A stretch of DNA of 64,000 nucleotides from Chthonomonas calidirosea (GCA_945859975.1 CAMAPH010000001.1:32001-96000); one strand, 5' to 3'; positions 1-9,255 are shown, numbered from the stretch's first letter. The notes: generated by a model not told the origin, from the sequence alone. Numbers and translations are program-made.

Positions 1-185
1 TGATGTCTTGTCAGGCTGATCTCAAAGTCACGCCCCCGCACAAAGCCTTGTCCGCGCAAAGTCATCATCATCAGCCAACTTGTTGCGCCGGTTGAGCGCA
101 CGGTCCGGTAACCGGGCCCCTCGCGAAAGTGGCCTGTCACAAGCTGAGCAACGATTGGATCATCGTAAATAGCAGATTCTTTAAT
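1..185 (-). CDS. AraC-family transcriptional regulator, N-terminal part (runs off the window start)
   Basis: Manual translation IKESAIYDDPIVAQLVTGHFREGPGYRTVRSTGATSWLMMMTLRGQG resembles an AraC ligand-binding domain; divergent from the PhyH gene. Start codon uncertain (ATT at 185 or an internal GTG). Confidence 0.65.
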   Translation of the reverse strand, partial: MKESAIYDDPIVAQLVTGHFREGPGYRTVRSTGATSWLMMMTLRGQGFVRGRDFEISLTRH

Positions 186-240
186 GCCTATAGCATATCC
201 TTCTATTCGACCTAGCCGAGGTTGCAGTCAAAATATTAAT

Positions 241-1092
241 ATGTCGATTCAAGATTCACCGCTGAAATTACAGTTCGATTCCGATGGATATGCGATTGCG
301 AGGGGACGATTCTCATCCGATGAGTGCGACGCATATTCCAAGTACTTCACGGACATGATTGAACGCGGAGGAGATGGCTATGCAGAAATTTGGGGTTCCG
401 CCAACCTCAACGACCCTTTGGTCAGATATCCCCGATTGATGCAGCCTCATCGGTCTGATTCCGTCGCGTTCAGTTTTATGATCGATCCACGAATTGCCGA
501 CGACCTAACGACGCTTTGTGAGACTCCGCCGTTGGCCGTTCAAACCATGGTCTATTACAAGCCCGCCGGAGCACGTGGCCAAGCGCTCCACCAAGACCAG
601 CGCTATCTCAACGTTCAGCCTGGAACCTGCATTGCGGCATGGCTCGCGCTTGACGATTGCGACGATGAAAACGGCTGCCTAACCGTGGTTCCGGGCACCC
701 ACAATATTCCGGTCCTGTGCCCCATCGCGAGTGACCCTGAGCAGTCATGGACCGGAGAGACTGTGCCAGTTCCGCCCGGCATGACCGTGAAGCCGATTCA
801 CATGAAGCGAGGAGATGTCCTTTACTTCAATGGCCAACTGATTCACGGCTCTGGCAAAAATATTTCGAAAGATCGATTCCGACGAACGCTGATCGCGCAC
901 TACATCGATGGTGCCGCGGAATCGGTGAGTAAGCACTACTTCCCGGTTTGGAATCTAGCGGGCGAAATCGTGTCCCAAGTTCAGCCAGGCATCGACGGCG
1001 AAGGTGGCCCCTGCGGCGTCCCACGCGAGGATGAAGGGGAGATTCGTTACGAGATCGTAGGTTCGGTTAGCGCGGCCTTAGCCGCGCACTGA
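241..1092 (+). CDS. Phytanoyl-CoA dioxygenase (PhyH) family Fe(II)/2-oxoglutarate dioxygenase
   Basis: HQD motif (QALHQDQRY), AAWLALDD, NGCLTVVPGTH, distal H in LIHGSG and RR. Start moved to ATG 241. Confidence 0.9.
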   Translation: MSIQDSPLKLQFDSDGYAIARGRFSSDECDAYSKYFTDMIERGGDGYAEIWGSANLNDPLVRYPRLMQPHRSDSVAFSFMIDPRIADDLTTLCETPPLAVQTMVYYKPAGARGQALHQDQRYLNVQPGTCIAAWLALDDCDDENGCLTVVPGTHNIPVLCPIASDPEQSWTGETVPVPPGMTVKPIHMKRGDVLYFNGQLIHGSGKNISKDRFRRTLIAHYIDGAAESVSKHYFPVWNLAGEIVSQVQPGIDGEGGPCGVPREDEGEIRYEIVGSVSAALAAH

Positions 1093-2057
1093 GCTTCTTT
1101 GAGTCGCTCCTTCCGCCTGGCCCGATAGGCCTGGCGGCGGAGCTTGATTCGCTCCGAGCGCAATTCGATCGCGAGTTTGCCGTTCTCTTCTCGCCGACGC
1201 TCAGAGTGAATGCACGCCTCTGAACACGAGCGGAAGAACTTCTCCTCGCATTCCTCGCAACAAGTGAACTGCTTGTTGCAATCCACACTGGCGCAGTTGA
1301 TAAACCTTGCAATTTCAACGCCGCAATGTAGGCATCGCGTAACCGGGGTCACGTTAGGACCGATCGGTACGGTGACGCGGTCGTCGAAGACGTAGCACAC
1401 GCCCTCCCAATGCTCTCCCTGGGTCTGCTCGTCCTTGCCGTAGGTAACGATGCCGCCGTGGAGTTGAAAGACGTTCTCGATCCCCTGATCGACCAAGTAA
1501 GCCGTCAGCTTCTCGCACCGAATTCCGCCGGTGCAGTAGGTCAAGATCGGACGCTCCTCGCCGGGCTCGATCACCGTGCGCAGCCAGTCCGGGAACTCCT
1601 TGAAAGTCTTCACGTCCGGTCGGACCGCACCCTTGAATCGCCCCACTTCGAACTCGTAGTCGTTCCGAATATCTAGAATCAGCGGATTCTCGGTCTCCAT
1701 CATCGCCTTGAATTCGGCAGGTTCCAGATGCTTTCCGGTCTTTTCCCAAGGCTCACATTCATGGCCAAGCGTGACGATTTCCGCGCGGGCTTTTACGCTC
1801 AGTCTGCCAAAAGCGTGGCCCTCGAACGGGTCGATCTTGTACTCGGTCTCCGCAAAAAGCGGATGCGCCTCCATCCATGCCCGGTACGCGTCACACTCGG
1901 CTACGAGCCCGGAAACCGTGCCGTTGATTCCTTCCGGCGCGACGATGATCCTGCCCTTCAAGTTGAGCCGCATGCAAATTTCAAGTAAAGCGTCCCGCTC
2001 GCTAACGGCGTCAGCGACCGGGACAAACTTATAGAAGAGCAAGATTTGGTAATCCAT
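1047..2057 (-). CDS. trhO: tRNA U34 hydroxylase TrhO (UPF0176 rhodanese-domain protein)
   Basis: LLFYKF, LKGRIIVAPEGINGT, DIRNDYE, YCTGGIRCEK, LHGGI, CYVFDDR and a Cys-rich C-terminus. Confidence 0.9.
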   Translation of the reverse strand: MDYQILLFYKFVPVADAVSERDALLEICMRLNLKGRIIVAPEGINGTVSGLVAECDAYRAWMEAHPLFAETEYKIDPFEGHAFGRLSVKARAEIVTLGHECEPWEKTGKHLEPAEFKAMMETENPLILDIRNDYEFEVGRFKGAVRPDVKTFKEFPDWLRTVIEPGEERPILTYCTGGIRCEKLTAYLVDQGIENVFQLHGGIVTYGKDEQTQGEHWEGVCYVFDDRVTVPIGPNVTPVTRCLHCGVEIARFINCASVDCNKQFTCCEECEEKFFRSCSEACIHSERRREENGKLAIELRSERIKLRRQAYRARRKERLKEAQCAAKAALTEPTIS

Positions 2058-2084
2058 CACGAAGCCCTGTAGGCTCCCTATAGA

Positions 2085-2657
2085 TTACTTGCTCGCTTTG
2101 AAGGTGAGCGCATCGGAGTTGATGCAGAACCGAAGGCCGCCCTTGTCGGATGGGCCGTCGTCAAAGACGTGACCCAAGTGACCGTCACATCGGGCGCACA
2201 AAACTTCGTCGCGAATCATTCCGTACGAACTGTCCCGCTTGGTCCAGGTGTTTGCCTTGCTCACCGGTTGGAAGAAGCTTGGCCAGCCCGTACCGGAATC
2301 AAACTTCGCGTTACTCGCGAAGAGCGGCAGTTCGCAACCTGCGCAGTGGTACACGCCCGTCTTCTTGTTATCGTGGAATCGACCGCAGAACGCAGCTTCC
2401 GTTCCCTTAACTCGCAGAATCTTGTATTGCTCCGGAGTTAGGCGCTTCTTCCACTCGGCGTCCGTGCGTACAACTTTGTCCTTTCGCTTTGGGCTTCCGG
2501 GCTCAACCCCCGACATGCCACCAACCTCGTCTTTGGGCTTCGAAACCGCCCCGTTCGATTGCATCGATGCGGTCGCGAACGCTCCTAGCACAACGAGTCC
2601 AACCACACTTACGGCGAGTAATCCAATCTGCATATTCGTCACAACGTTTTGTTTCAT
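2085..2657 (-). CDS. msrB: Peptide-methionine (R)-S-oxide reductase MsrB with N-terminal signal/membrane anchor
   Basis: KFDSGTGWPSF, GHLGHVF, RFCINS and two CxxC zinc motifs; GGAG Shine-Dalgarno before ATG 2657; hydrophobic N-terminus. Confidence 0.93.
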   Translation of the reverse strand: MKQNVVTNMQIGLLAVSVVGLVVLGAFATASMQSNGAVSKPKDEVGGMSGVEPGSPKRKDKVVRTDAEWKKRLTPEQYKILRVKGTEAAFCGRFHDNKKTGVYHCAGCELPLFASNAKFDSGTGWPSFFQPVSKANTWTKRDSSYGMIRDEVLCARCDGHLGHVFDDGPSDKGGLRFCINSDALTFKASK

Positions 2658-2688
2658 CTTTTTGCTCCCAAGACCACAATTTCTGGGC

Positions 2689-3042
2689 CTACGGTCGCTG
2701 AAGCGAATTCGGATCTTCGCCACAAAGCAGTCCGATCCGCGCTCCTTCTTTCCCAAGCCCTAGCAACTCGAACAAGTTCCGCATTCGCTGACCGATCCGA
2801 TCTGATTTCACCCCTTCCAGCTGAATATCGGCAACTAGCAGCCTTGCTTCGGCACTTGCGGAAAGGCAAATTTCCTCTTCTGTCCCGGGACCTTGCAAGA
2901 TTTCTTCGAGCCGTCCGAGTCGCGCAAGGCTGAGGTGCGGCGCGGAATCACCAACCACCCCTTGCAATAAAATGTACTGGACTCGACCGACAACGGTGAG
3001 CGCGTGCTCAATATCTATCGGAACGTTGAAAAAGCGGTCCAT
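2689..3042 (-). CDS. Hypothetical protein (117 aa)
   Basis: Fills the gap upstream of msrB; amphipathic helical composition; no recognised motif. Confidence 0.6.
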   Translation of the reverse strand: MDRFFNVPIDIEHALTVVGRVQYILLQGVVGDSAPHLSLARLGRLEEILQGPGTEEEICLSASAEARLLVADIQLEGVKSDRIGQRMRNLFELLGLGKEGARIGLLCGEDPNSLQRP

Positions 3043-3163
3043 CAGTAACTTTATCTACGGGTCAAGCGCGCGAAAAAAACCTGCATTGCATGATTGCTTG
3101 AAAGATTATCGATATCAGCGATGCGAGCCTGGAACAACGTGACCAGCGGATGCGGACCGGAAA

Positions 3164-3180
3164 CTGTACGAAAGTGTCAA
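3164..3180. promoter_or_regulatory. Putative Rrf2 (IscR/SufR-like) operator upstream of sufC
   Basis: CTGTAC-gaaagt-GTCAA is the reverse complement of the TTGAC-N6-GTACAG motif before the rrf2 gene (8038-8054). Confidence 0.6.
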
Positions 3181-3218
3181 CTTTCATGTCACAATTTCCG
3201 TAGATCGCAATGCCGTCC

Positions 3219-3977
3219 ATGTTAGTTATTCAGAACCTCCAAGCCCGCGTTGAAGAGAAAGAAATTCTCCGCGGTATCAGCCTCACCGTCAACGCTGGCG
3301 AAGTCCACGCGATCATGGGCCCGAACGGATCGGGCAAGTCCACCCTCGCCTCAATCTTGGCAGGCAAGCAGGACTATGAAGTGACCGGCGGATCGGTGGA
3401 TTTTGATGGAGAGGACCTTCTTGAACTTGATCCCGAAGAGCGGGCGGCCGCAGGACTCTTCCTCGCATTCCAATATCCAATCGAGATCCCAGGTGTCACG
3501 AACACCTACTTCCTCCGCGCTGCCTTGAACAACGTTCGCAAAGCTCGCGGCGAAGCTGAGCTCACGATGACGGAGTTCATGAAGCACATTCGCAGCAAGG
3601 TCGAAATGATGGAACTGGATCCATCCCTCCTCAGCCGATCTGTCAACGAAGGCTTCTCGGGCGGAGAAAAGAAGCGGAACGAAATCTTCCAGATGGCCGT
3701 TCTCGAACCAAAGCTGTGTGTGCTCGACGAGACCGACTCTGGCCTCGACATTGATGCGCTCAAGATCGTCGCGAATGGCGTGAACCACCTCAGGGGCGAG
3801 GGCCGCGGAATCATCGTCGTGACCCACTACCAGCGCTTGCTGGACTACATCGTTCCCGACTTCGTACATGTTCTCATGGAAGGTCGCATCGTGAAAAGCG
3901 GCGGCAAAGAACTTGCTCATGAGCTTGAAGCCAAGGGTTATAGCTTCATCGAAGAGGAGCTGGCGGCCGCCCGATGA
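3219..3977 (+). CDS. sufC: Fe-S cluster assembly ATPase SufC
   Basis: GPNGSGKST Walker A, FLAFQYP, NEGFSGGEKKRNE, LDETDSGLDIDAL. Confidence 0.97.
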   Translation: MLVIQNLQARVEEKEILRGISLTVNAGEVHAIMGPNGSGKSTLASILAGKQDYEVTGGSVDFDGEDLLELDPEERAAAGLFLAFQYPIEIPGVTNTYFLRAALNNVRKARGEAELTMTEFMKHIRSKVEMMELDPSLLSRSVNEGFSGGEKKRNEIFQMAVLEPKLCVLDETDSGLDIDALKIVANGVNHLRGEGRGIIVVTHYQRLLDYIVPDFVHVLMEGRIVKSGGKELAHELEAKGYSFIEEELAAAR

Positions 3978-5308
3978 CCACCGACTTACGCGCGAAAGAG
4001 GATACGTTCACAGAGATATTCAATGCCGCTCATGCGGTTCTGAACACCTTAGCCGACGGTCGCTTTGCCGACGTCCGAGAGCGTGGGATTCACAAGTTCC
4101 GGGAGTACGGCGTCCCTACCCATCGAGACGAGGAGTTCAAGTACCTCAGTCTCCGGAATCTGAACGAGACCGCCTTCCAAATCGCTTATGGCGCGACCGT
4201 GTCGCGAGGCGACCTGACTCACCCCATCGTCTCGATCGATGCCATCACCTTGGCGTTCGTGAATGGGCAGTACGCGCCAGAACTAAGCACGGCCGACACG
4301 CTTCCTGATGGCGTGTATGTCGGTCCTTTTGAGGAACTTCCATTCGAAGTCGACCAAGCGTTCGAAAAGCAATTCGGTCGCGTGGCAAACCTTGTCGGGA
4401 AACTTGGCACCACAAACGACGAACGGTTTACCTACCTCAACCAAGCCTTCTTCGCCGACATCGCCGTGATTTACGTTCCGGAAAACGTCGTAGTCGAGCG
4501 ACCGATCCACATTCTCAATCTCAGCACTGCAAATCGCGGTTCGCTGATCTCCGCACCGCGCGCTTACGCTTACTTCAGCACCAATTCTCAGGCCAAGCTG
4601 ATCGAGTCGTTCATCGGTTTGGAAGGGAATTACCTAAACGTTCCGGTCACCGAGGTCGTGCTGGAATCCGGCGCGATCGTGGTGCACGTTCGGGTTCAAG
4701 ACGAAACGCTAGCCGCGACTCACATCGGCACCCACGCCGTCCACCAGGATGCCTCCTCGAATTACACCGCGTTTAACGTGAACTTCGGAGGGCAGATCTA
4801 CCGAAACGATCTGAACGTTTGGCTCAATGGTTCCGGAACCGAAACTCGCTTGGACGGCGTGAACGTTGGCACAGCCAACCAGGTGATGGACAATCACACT
4901 CGAATCGACCACGCGTTCCCTCATTGCAACAGCTTTGAGGTCTACAAGTCGGTTCTGCGCGACAATGCCCAGGGAATCTTCAACGGCAAAATTTTCGTCT
5001 ACGAAGACGCGCAGAAAACCGATGCCAAGCAGACCAACCAAGCGCTGCTCCTATCTGCGACCGCGCAGATGAACTCCAAACCACAGTTGGAGATCTTTGC
5101 TGACGACGTCAAGTGCACCCACGGCGCCACCATTGGCCAGCTTCAGAAGGACGCTCTGTTCTATCTCCAAGCTCGAGGCATTCCCAAAGCCCAGGCCGAA
5201 TCTTTGCTCGTGTACGCCTTCGCTAATGACGTGCTTTCTCGCATATCGAGTGAAGCCGTTCGGCAAGCACTTGAGAATCGACTCTTCGACAAGTTAGAAG
5301 TCGCGTAA
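3974..5308 (+). CDS. sufD: Fe-S cluster assembly protein SufD
   Basis: FNGKIFV..DAQKTDAKQTN, KPQLEIFADDVKCTHGATIG, FYLQARGI; overlaps the sufC stop. Confidence 0.95.
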   Translation: MTTDLRAKEDTFTEIFNAAHAVLNTLADGRFADVRERGIHKFREYGVPTHRDEEFKYLSLRNLNETAFQIAYGATVSRGDLTHPIVSIDAITLAFVNGQYAPELSTADTLPDGVYVGPFEELPFEVDQAFEKQFGRVANLVGKLGTTNDERFTYLNQAFFADIAVIYVPENVVVERPIHILNLSTANRGSLISAPRAYAYFSTNSQAKLIESFIGLEGNYLNVPVTEVVLESGAIVVHVRVQDETLAATHIGTHAVHQDASSNYTAFNVNFGGQIYRNDLNVWLNGSGTETRLDGVNVGTANQVMDNHTRIDHAFPHCNSFEVYKSVLRDNAQGIFNGKIFVYEDAQKTDAKQTNQALLLSATAQMNSKPQLEIFADDVKCTHGATIGQLQKDALFYLQARGIPKAQAESLLVYAFANDVLSRISSEAVRQALENRLFDKLEVA

Positions 5309-5310
5309 CC

Positions 5311-5628
5311 ATGGATCATCGCACCGCGCTCGCAGAGGCAGTCCGGCTCTACAAAGCTGGCGAAGACGATGCGGCTCACGAGATCGTTCAGGACATCGAC
5401 TCGCCGGCCGGTTCGTACCTCCACGGAATCTTGCACCGGGCAGAAGGTGATTACTCAAACGCGCGGTATTGGTTCATTCGTAGTAATGGATTACCGAAGC
5501 AACTCGGCATCGATGCGGATGCGCTCACCCGCGAGCTTCAGTCCCAAGCAGGAACCCCGACGCCGGAGTTGCAGAACCGGCTCAACGAAGAGCTAGATGC
5601 CGTTCTACGCTTCAGCCAAGAAGTTTGA
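5311..5628 (+). CDS. Conserved-looking small helical hypothetical protein in the suf operon
   Basis: Motif AHEIVQD..YLHGILHRAEGDYSNARYWF; tightly coupled between sufD and sufS. Confidence 0.8.
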   Translation: MDHRTALAEAVRLYKAGEDDAAHEIVQDIDSPAGSYLHGILHRAEGDYSNARYWFIRSNGLPKQLGIDADALTRELQSQAGTPTPELQNRLNEELDAVLRFSQEV

Positions 5629-5629
5629 A

Positions 5630-6895
5630 ATGATTCAAGAACTCCCCAAGATTTCTACATCACTGTTCCCGAAGTCAGACTTTCCAAACCTGCTGACCGA
5701 AGTGAACGGACAGGCGCTCGCCTATCTCGATAGCGCGGCGAGCGCACAAAAACCACACGCCGCAACCGAAGCTACCGCCGCGTTCGTCGAGCACCAATAC
5801 GCAAACGTTCATCGCGGCGTACACACGCTCAGCCAACTAGCGACCGACGCTTACGAGCTCGTCCGGGGCCAAGTGAAAGTTGTCCTAAACGCTGCCGACC
5901 GAAACGAGATCATCTTCACCAAGGGTTGCACCGAGTCGATCAATCTTGTCGCCCAGAGCTTTGCGCGTCCGCTCCTTCAGCCAGGAGATGAGATTCTTCT
6001 TACCGAGCTCGAGCATCACTCCAATATCGTTCCTTGGCAATTGGCCGCTGAGGCGTCGGGTGCAAAGGTCATAGCGGCGAGAATCCACGATAACGGCGAG
6101 TTGGACATCGACGACTTTAAAGCCAAGCTGAACTCACGAACAAAGATCGTCGCCTTCACTCATATCAGCAATGCACTCGGGACAATCTTGCCCGCAAAGG
6201 TAATGACCCAGATGGCGCACGAGGTTGGTGCAACGGTGCTGATCGACGGCGCTCAGTCCGGACCGCACGCGGCGATCGATGTTCAAGAAATTGGCGCGGA
6301 CTTTTACGTTCTCAGCATCCACAAAATGTACGGCCCAACCGGAGTCGGGGTGCTGTACGGAAAGCTGAATCTCCTTGAGGCCATGCCTCCGTATCAAGGT
6401 GGTGGCAGCATGATCCGTTCGGTTAGCTTTGAAGAAACAACTTTCGCCGAGCTTCCCGCAAAATTCGAAGCGGGGACGCCGAACATTGCCGGCGTCGTGG
6501 GCCTAGGAGCCACCCTCGACTATATCGCCGGGCCAAACTGGAATCGAGACAGCTGGGTCCGTCGCGTTACGGAAATCGGAAACTATGAAGCGGTAGTCAG
6601 AGAATACGGCGTGAGCCAGTTAGCAGAAATCGAAGGATTGAGCGTGTACGGCGATGCGGAAGAAATTGCCGGAATCATTTCCTTCACCCTGAAGAATGTT
6701 CACCCGCACGACCTTGGCACGATCTTGGATAAGCACGGCGTTGCGGTGCGCGCCGGACACCACTGTTGCCAGCCCCTGATGAAACGGCTTGGCGTTCCTG
6801 CCACCGCACGGGCCAGCATCGCCGCCTATAACGACCTCGAAGACATGGATCGGCTAGCGTCAGCGGTTATTGCCGCAAAGGAGATTTTTGCATGA
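5630..6895 (+). CDS. sufS: Cysteine desulfurase SufS
   Basis: YLDSAASAQKP, NVHRGVH, EHHSNIVPWQ, HKMYGPTG (PLP Lys), RAGHHCCQP (catalytic Cys). Confidence 0.96.
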   Translation: MIQELPKISTSLFPKSDFPNLLTEVNGQALAYLDSAASAQKPHAATEATAAFVEHQYANVHRGVHTLSQLATDAYELVRGQVKVVLNAADRNEIIFTKGCTESINLVAQSFARPLLQPGDEILLTELEHHSNIVPWQLAAEASGAKVIAARIHDNGELDIDDFKAKLNSRTKIVAFTHISNALGTILPAKVMTQMAHEVGATVLIDGAQSGPHAAIDVQEIGADFYVLSIHKMYGPTGVGVLYGKLNLLEAMPPYQGGGSMIRSVSFEETTFAELPAKFEAGTPNIAGVVGLGATLDYIAGPNWNRDSWVRRVTEIGNYEAVVREYGVSQLAEIEGLSVYGDAEEIAGIISFTLKNVHPHDLGTILDKHGVAVRAGHHCCQPLMKRLGVPATARASIAAYNDLEDMDRLASAVIAAKEIFA

Positions 6896-7350
6896 GTTGG
6901 GACCTACGCGACCTTTACCAAGAAACAATCTTGGATCACCAGAAACACCCTCGTGGCAAGGGCGCATTGGAAAATGCGACTCACACCGCCACCGGTTACA
7001 ACCCGCTGTGTGGCGACAAAGTCACCATCCAGCTGGCGGTTAACGACGGCAAGATTGACGAAATCCGGTTCGACGGCGAAGGCTGCGCGATCTGTATGAG
7101 CAGCGCAAGCATGATGACCGTAAGCCTCCAGGGCCAGCCGGTCTCGGACGCGGAAGAACTTTTTCAGCGTATCCAGAAATTTTTGACCGCCAACGACGAG
7201 TCGGCCGCGATGGAAGATATCGACACTCTCGGCGACCTTGCCGCTCTCGGCGGCGTCCGCCGCTTGCCCGTGCGAATCAAGTGCGCGAATTTGCCGTGGC
7301 ACACCTTCAAGTCCGCGATCCAAGGAGAGCAAAGTGCAAAGACAGAATAG
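6892..7350 (+). CDS. sufU: SUF system NifU-family protein SufU
   Basis: LYQETILDH, NPLCGD, GCAICMSSAS, RIKCANLPW. Confidence 0.95.
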   Translation: MSWDLRDLYQETILDHQKHPRGKGALENATHTATGYNPLCGDKVTIQLAVNDGKIDEIRFDGEGCAICMSSASMMTVSLQGQPVSDAEELFQRIQKFLTANDESAAMEDIDTLGDLAALGGVRRLPVRIKCANLPWHTFKSAIQGEQSAKTE

Positions 7351-7418
7351 GCCCTTTGACGGCGATTTAAACAATGTTTGCAAAAATTGCGATTTTTGGA
7401 GTATTTTAGTGATTAATC

Positions 7419-7652
7419 GTGGTACGAAATCCATTCCAGTCGAAACGCAAGGGGCCAGGAGAGTTGGCCAGAAGGCGAGCGGTGCTCCGCAACGTCGATC
7501 GCGTCTTACTTTCGGCCCTCACGGTGATGGGAATTCTCACCCTGATTTACGCTCGGCAAAACGCGCACCTCGATGCCTTCCCGACCCTCATTTGTGCGTT
7601 GGCGCTCGTAGGGTGGGGGGTAATCAGTTTGTTTATCTACCGGAAGCCTTGA
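7419..7652 (+). CDS. Small two-TM membrane protein
   Basis: Basic N-terminus and two hydrophobic segments; preceded by an AT-rich spacer. Confidence 0.6.
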   Translation: MVRNPFQSKRKGPGELARRRAVLRNVDRVLLSALTVMGILTLIYARQNAHLDAFPTLICALALVGWGVISLFIYRKP

Positions 7653-7667
7653 GCTTAGGAGGCAAAG

Positions 7668-8030
7668 TTGCCTGAGCGCATCGCCGTAGATCGACCCGAG
7701 CAGCCGGGTCTTTCCCCCATTGCACGTTCTTTGTTCGCTAACGAAGTTGCGGAGCAAATCCGGACGGTTTACGACCCTGAACTTCCAGTCAACGTCTATG
7801 ACCTTGGGCTGATTTACGATATTCAGGTGGCTGACAACCGTGACGTGCATATCATGATGACCCTCACGAGCCCAGCGTGCCCGGTAGCAGGCACGTTGCC
7901 AGGTGAGGTTCAAATGGCGGCCCGGCAAACCCCTGGAATCGGCACCGTGACCCTCGAACTGACCTGGGATCCACCATTCACCATCGACTCGATGAGTGAG
8001 GAAGTCCGGCTCATGCTCGGACTCATGTAA
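7668..8030 (+). CDS. sufT: DUF59 / SufT Fe-S assembly protein
   Basis: VYDPELPVNVYDLGLIY, MTLTSPACP, WDPP. Confidence 0.92.
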   Translation: MPERIAVDRPEQPGLSPIARSLFANEVAEQIRTVYDPELPVNVYDLGLIYDIQVADNRDVHIMMTLTSPACPVAGTLPGEVQMAARQTPGIGTVTLELTWDPPFTIDSMSEEVRLMLGLM

Positions 8031-8037
8031 ACTAATC

Positions 8038-8054
8038 TTGACGGAAAAGTACAG
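8038..8054. promoter_or_regulatory. Putative Rrf2 autoregulatory operator
   Basis: ATCTTGAC-ggaaaa-GTACAGAT imperfect palindrome immediately before the rrf2 ATG; same core as upstream of sufC. Confidence 0.6.
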
Positions 8055-8057
8055 ATA

Positions 8058-8534
8058 ATGAAATTCTCGTCGCAGGAAGAATACGGACTCCGTTGTCTGC
8101 TCCAAATCGCACGATTAGGAACGGAAGGCAGCCTCACGATTCCTGAGATCAGCCGCATCGAAGGCCTCAGTCAAACGCATGTGGCCAAACTGCTCATGAT
8201 CCTCCGAAAGGATGGAATTATCACGAGCACGCGCGGCCAAAGCGGCGGCTACTCGATTGCTCGCAAGCCGTCCGAAATCTCCGTCAAAGAGGTTCTCGAA
8301 GCCCTTGGCGGAAGACTTTACGACGCCGAATTCTGCGAGCGCCACACGGGCCAGCTTGACGTTTGCAAACACTCCGTCGATTGCGGACTCAAAAGCCTAT
8401 GGCAAGTAATCCAGGTTGCAGTCGATGATGTCGTTGGGAGCATTTCTCTCGCCGATCTGATCGCCGAGTCACAACCCGGACCCAACGTCTCCTTCTTCGC
8501 GGCTCCTGCCCGCCCTACGGTGCCAATCCGATAA
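8058..8534 (+). CDS. Rrf2-family (IscR-like) transcriptional regulator
   Basis: EYGLRCL, STRGQSGGY, three Cys (FCERHTGQLDVCKHSVDC) as likely cluster ligands. Confidence 0.92.
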   Translation: MKFSSQEEYGLRCLLQIARLGTEGSLTIPEISRIEGLSQTHVAKLLMILRKDGIITSTRGQSGGYSIARKPSEISVKEVLEALGGRLYDAEFCERHTGQLDVCKHSVDCGLKSLWQVIQVAVDDVVGSISLADLIAESQPGPNVSFFAAPARPTVPIR

Positions 8535-8893
8535 TGTCGAACCCATCCGAACTCGCCTTCCCCATCATCATCACCGACCGCGCCATTGCGCAGCTGCGGA
8601 GACTTTTGGAGCGAGACGGCCGGCCGGAAGCATTCTTGCGTGTCGGAGTGAAAGGCGGCGGTTGTTCTGGATTTGAGTACGTCACGCGAATCGACACGCA
8701 ATTGAAGCAAATCGACTTGGAACAAACCTTTGAGGGTGTGAAAGTGGTTTGTGACGCCAAGTCGGCCGTTTTCTTGCGGGGAGCCACGTTCGATTACACC
8801 GGCAACTTGATCGGCGGCGGATTCAAGTTCGAAAATCCAAACGTGGCCAAGAGTTGCGGTTGCGGTACAAGCTTCACTCCCAAAAAGGCTTAG
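8534..8893 (+). CDS. A-type Fe-S carrier (IscA/SufA, HesB family)
   Basis: GVKGGGCSG, FKFENPN, SCGCGTSF. Confidence 0.95.
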   Translation: MSNPSELAFPIIITDRAIAQLRRLLERDGRPEAFLRVGVKGGGCSGFEYVTRIDTQLKQIDLEQTFEGVKVVCDAKSAVFLRGATFDYTGNLIGGGFKFENPNVAKSCGCGTSFTPKKA

Positions 8894-9219
8894 TAAAGCC
8901 GAGAGCCGTTGGTCACCGGGAAATCTGGCCGGACAAGAACGACGTTGCCATCGGCATCGTTTACGCCGCACACCAATACTTCGGATACAAATCCCGCGAT
9001 TCGCTTTGCGGGAAAGTTTGTGACCGCCATCACTTGTGTCCCAACAAGTTCTTCCGCCAGGTAAAGGGTCGTAATCTGCGCACTCGACTTTCGAATCCCA
9101 AACTCTCCGAAGTCAATCGTCAATTGGTATGCCGGCTTTCGAGCTTCCGGAAACGGAGCAACCTCGACGATAGTTCCCGCCCGTAACTCAATCGCCAAAA
9201 ACTCATCGAACGATGCCAT
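8890..9219 (-). CDS. csaA: CsaA / tRNA-binding OB-fold protein
   Basis: FPEARKPAY, IDFG, KSSAQIT, NFPAKRIAGFVSEVL. Confidence 0.92.
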   Translation of the reverse strand: MASFDEFLAIELRAGTIVEVAPFPEARKPAYQLTIDFGEFGIRKSSAQITTLYLAEELVGTQVMAVTNFPAKRIAGFVSEVLVCGVNDADGNVVLVRPDFPVTNGSRLY

Positions 9220-9255
9220 CACCAAAGTATGTTCCGGCGGTAATCTCCCGCCGAA

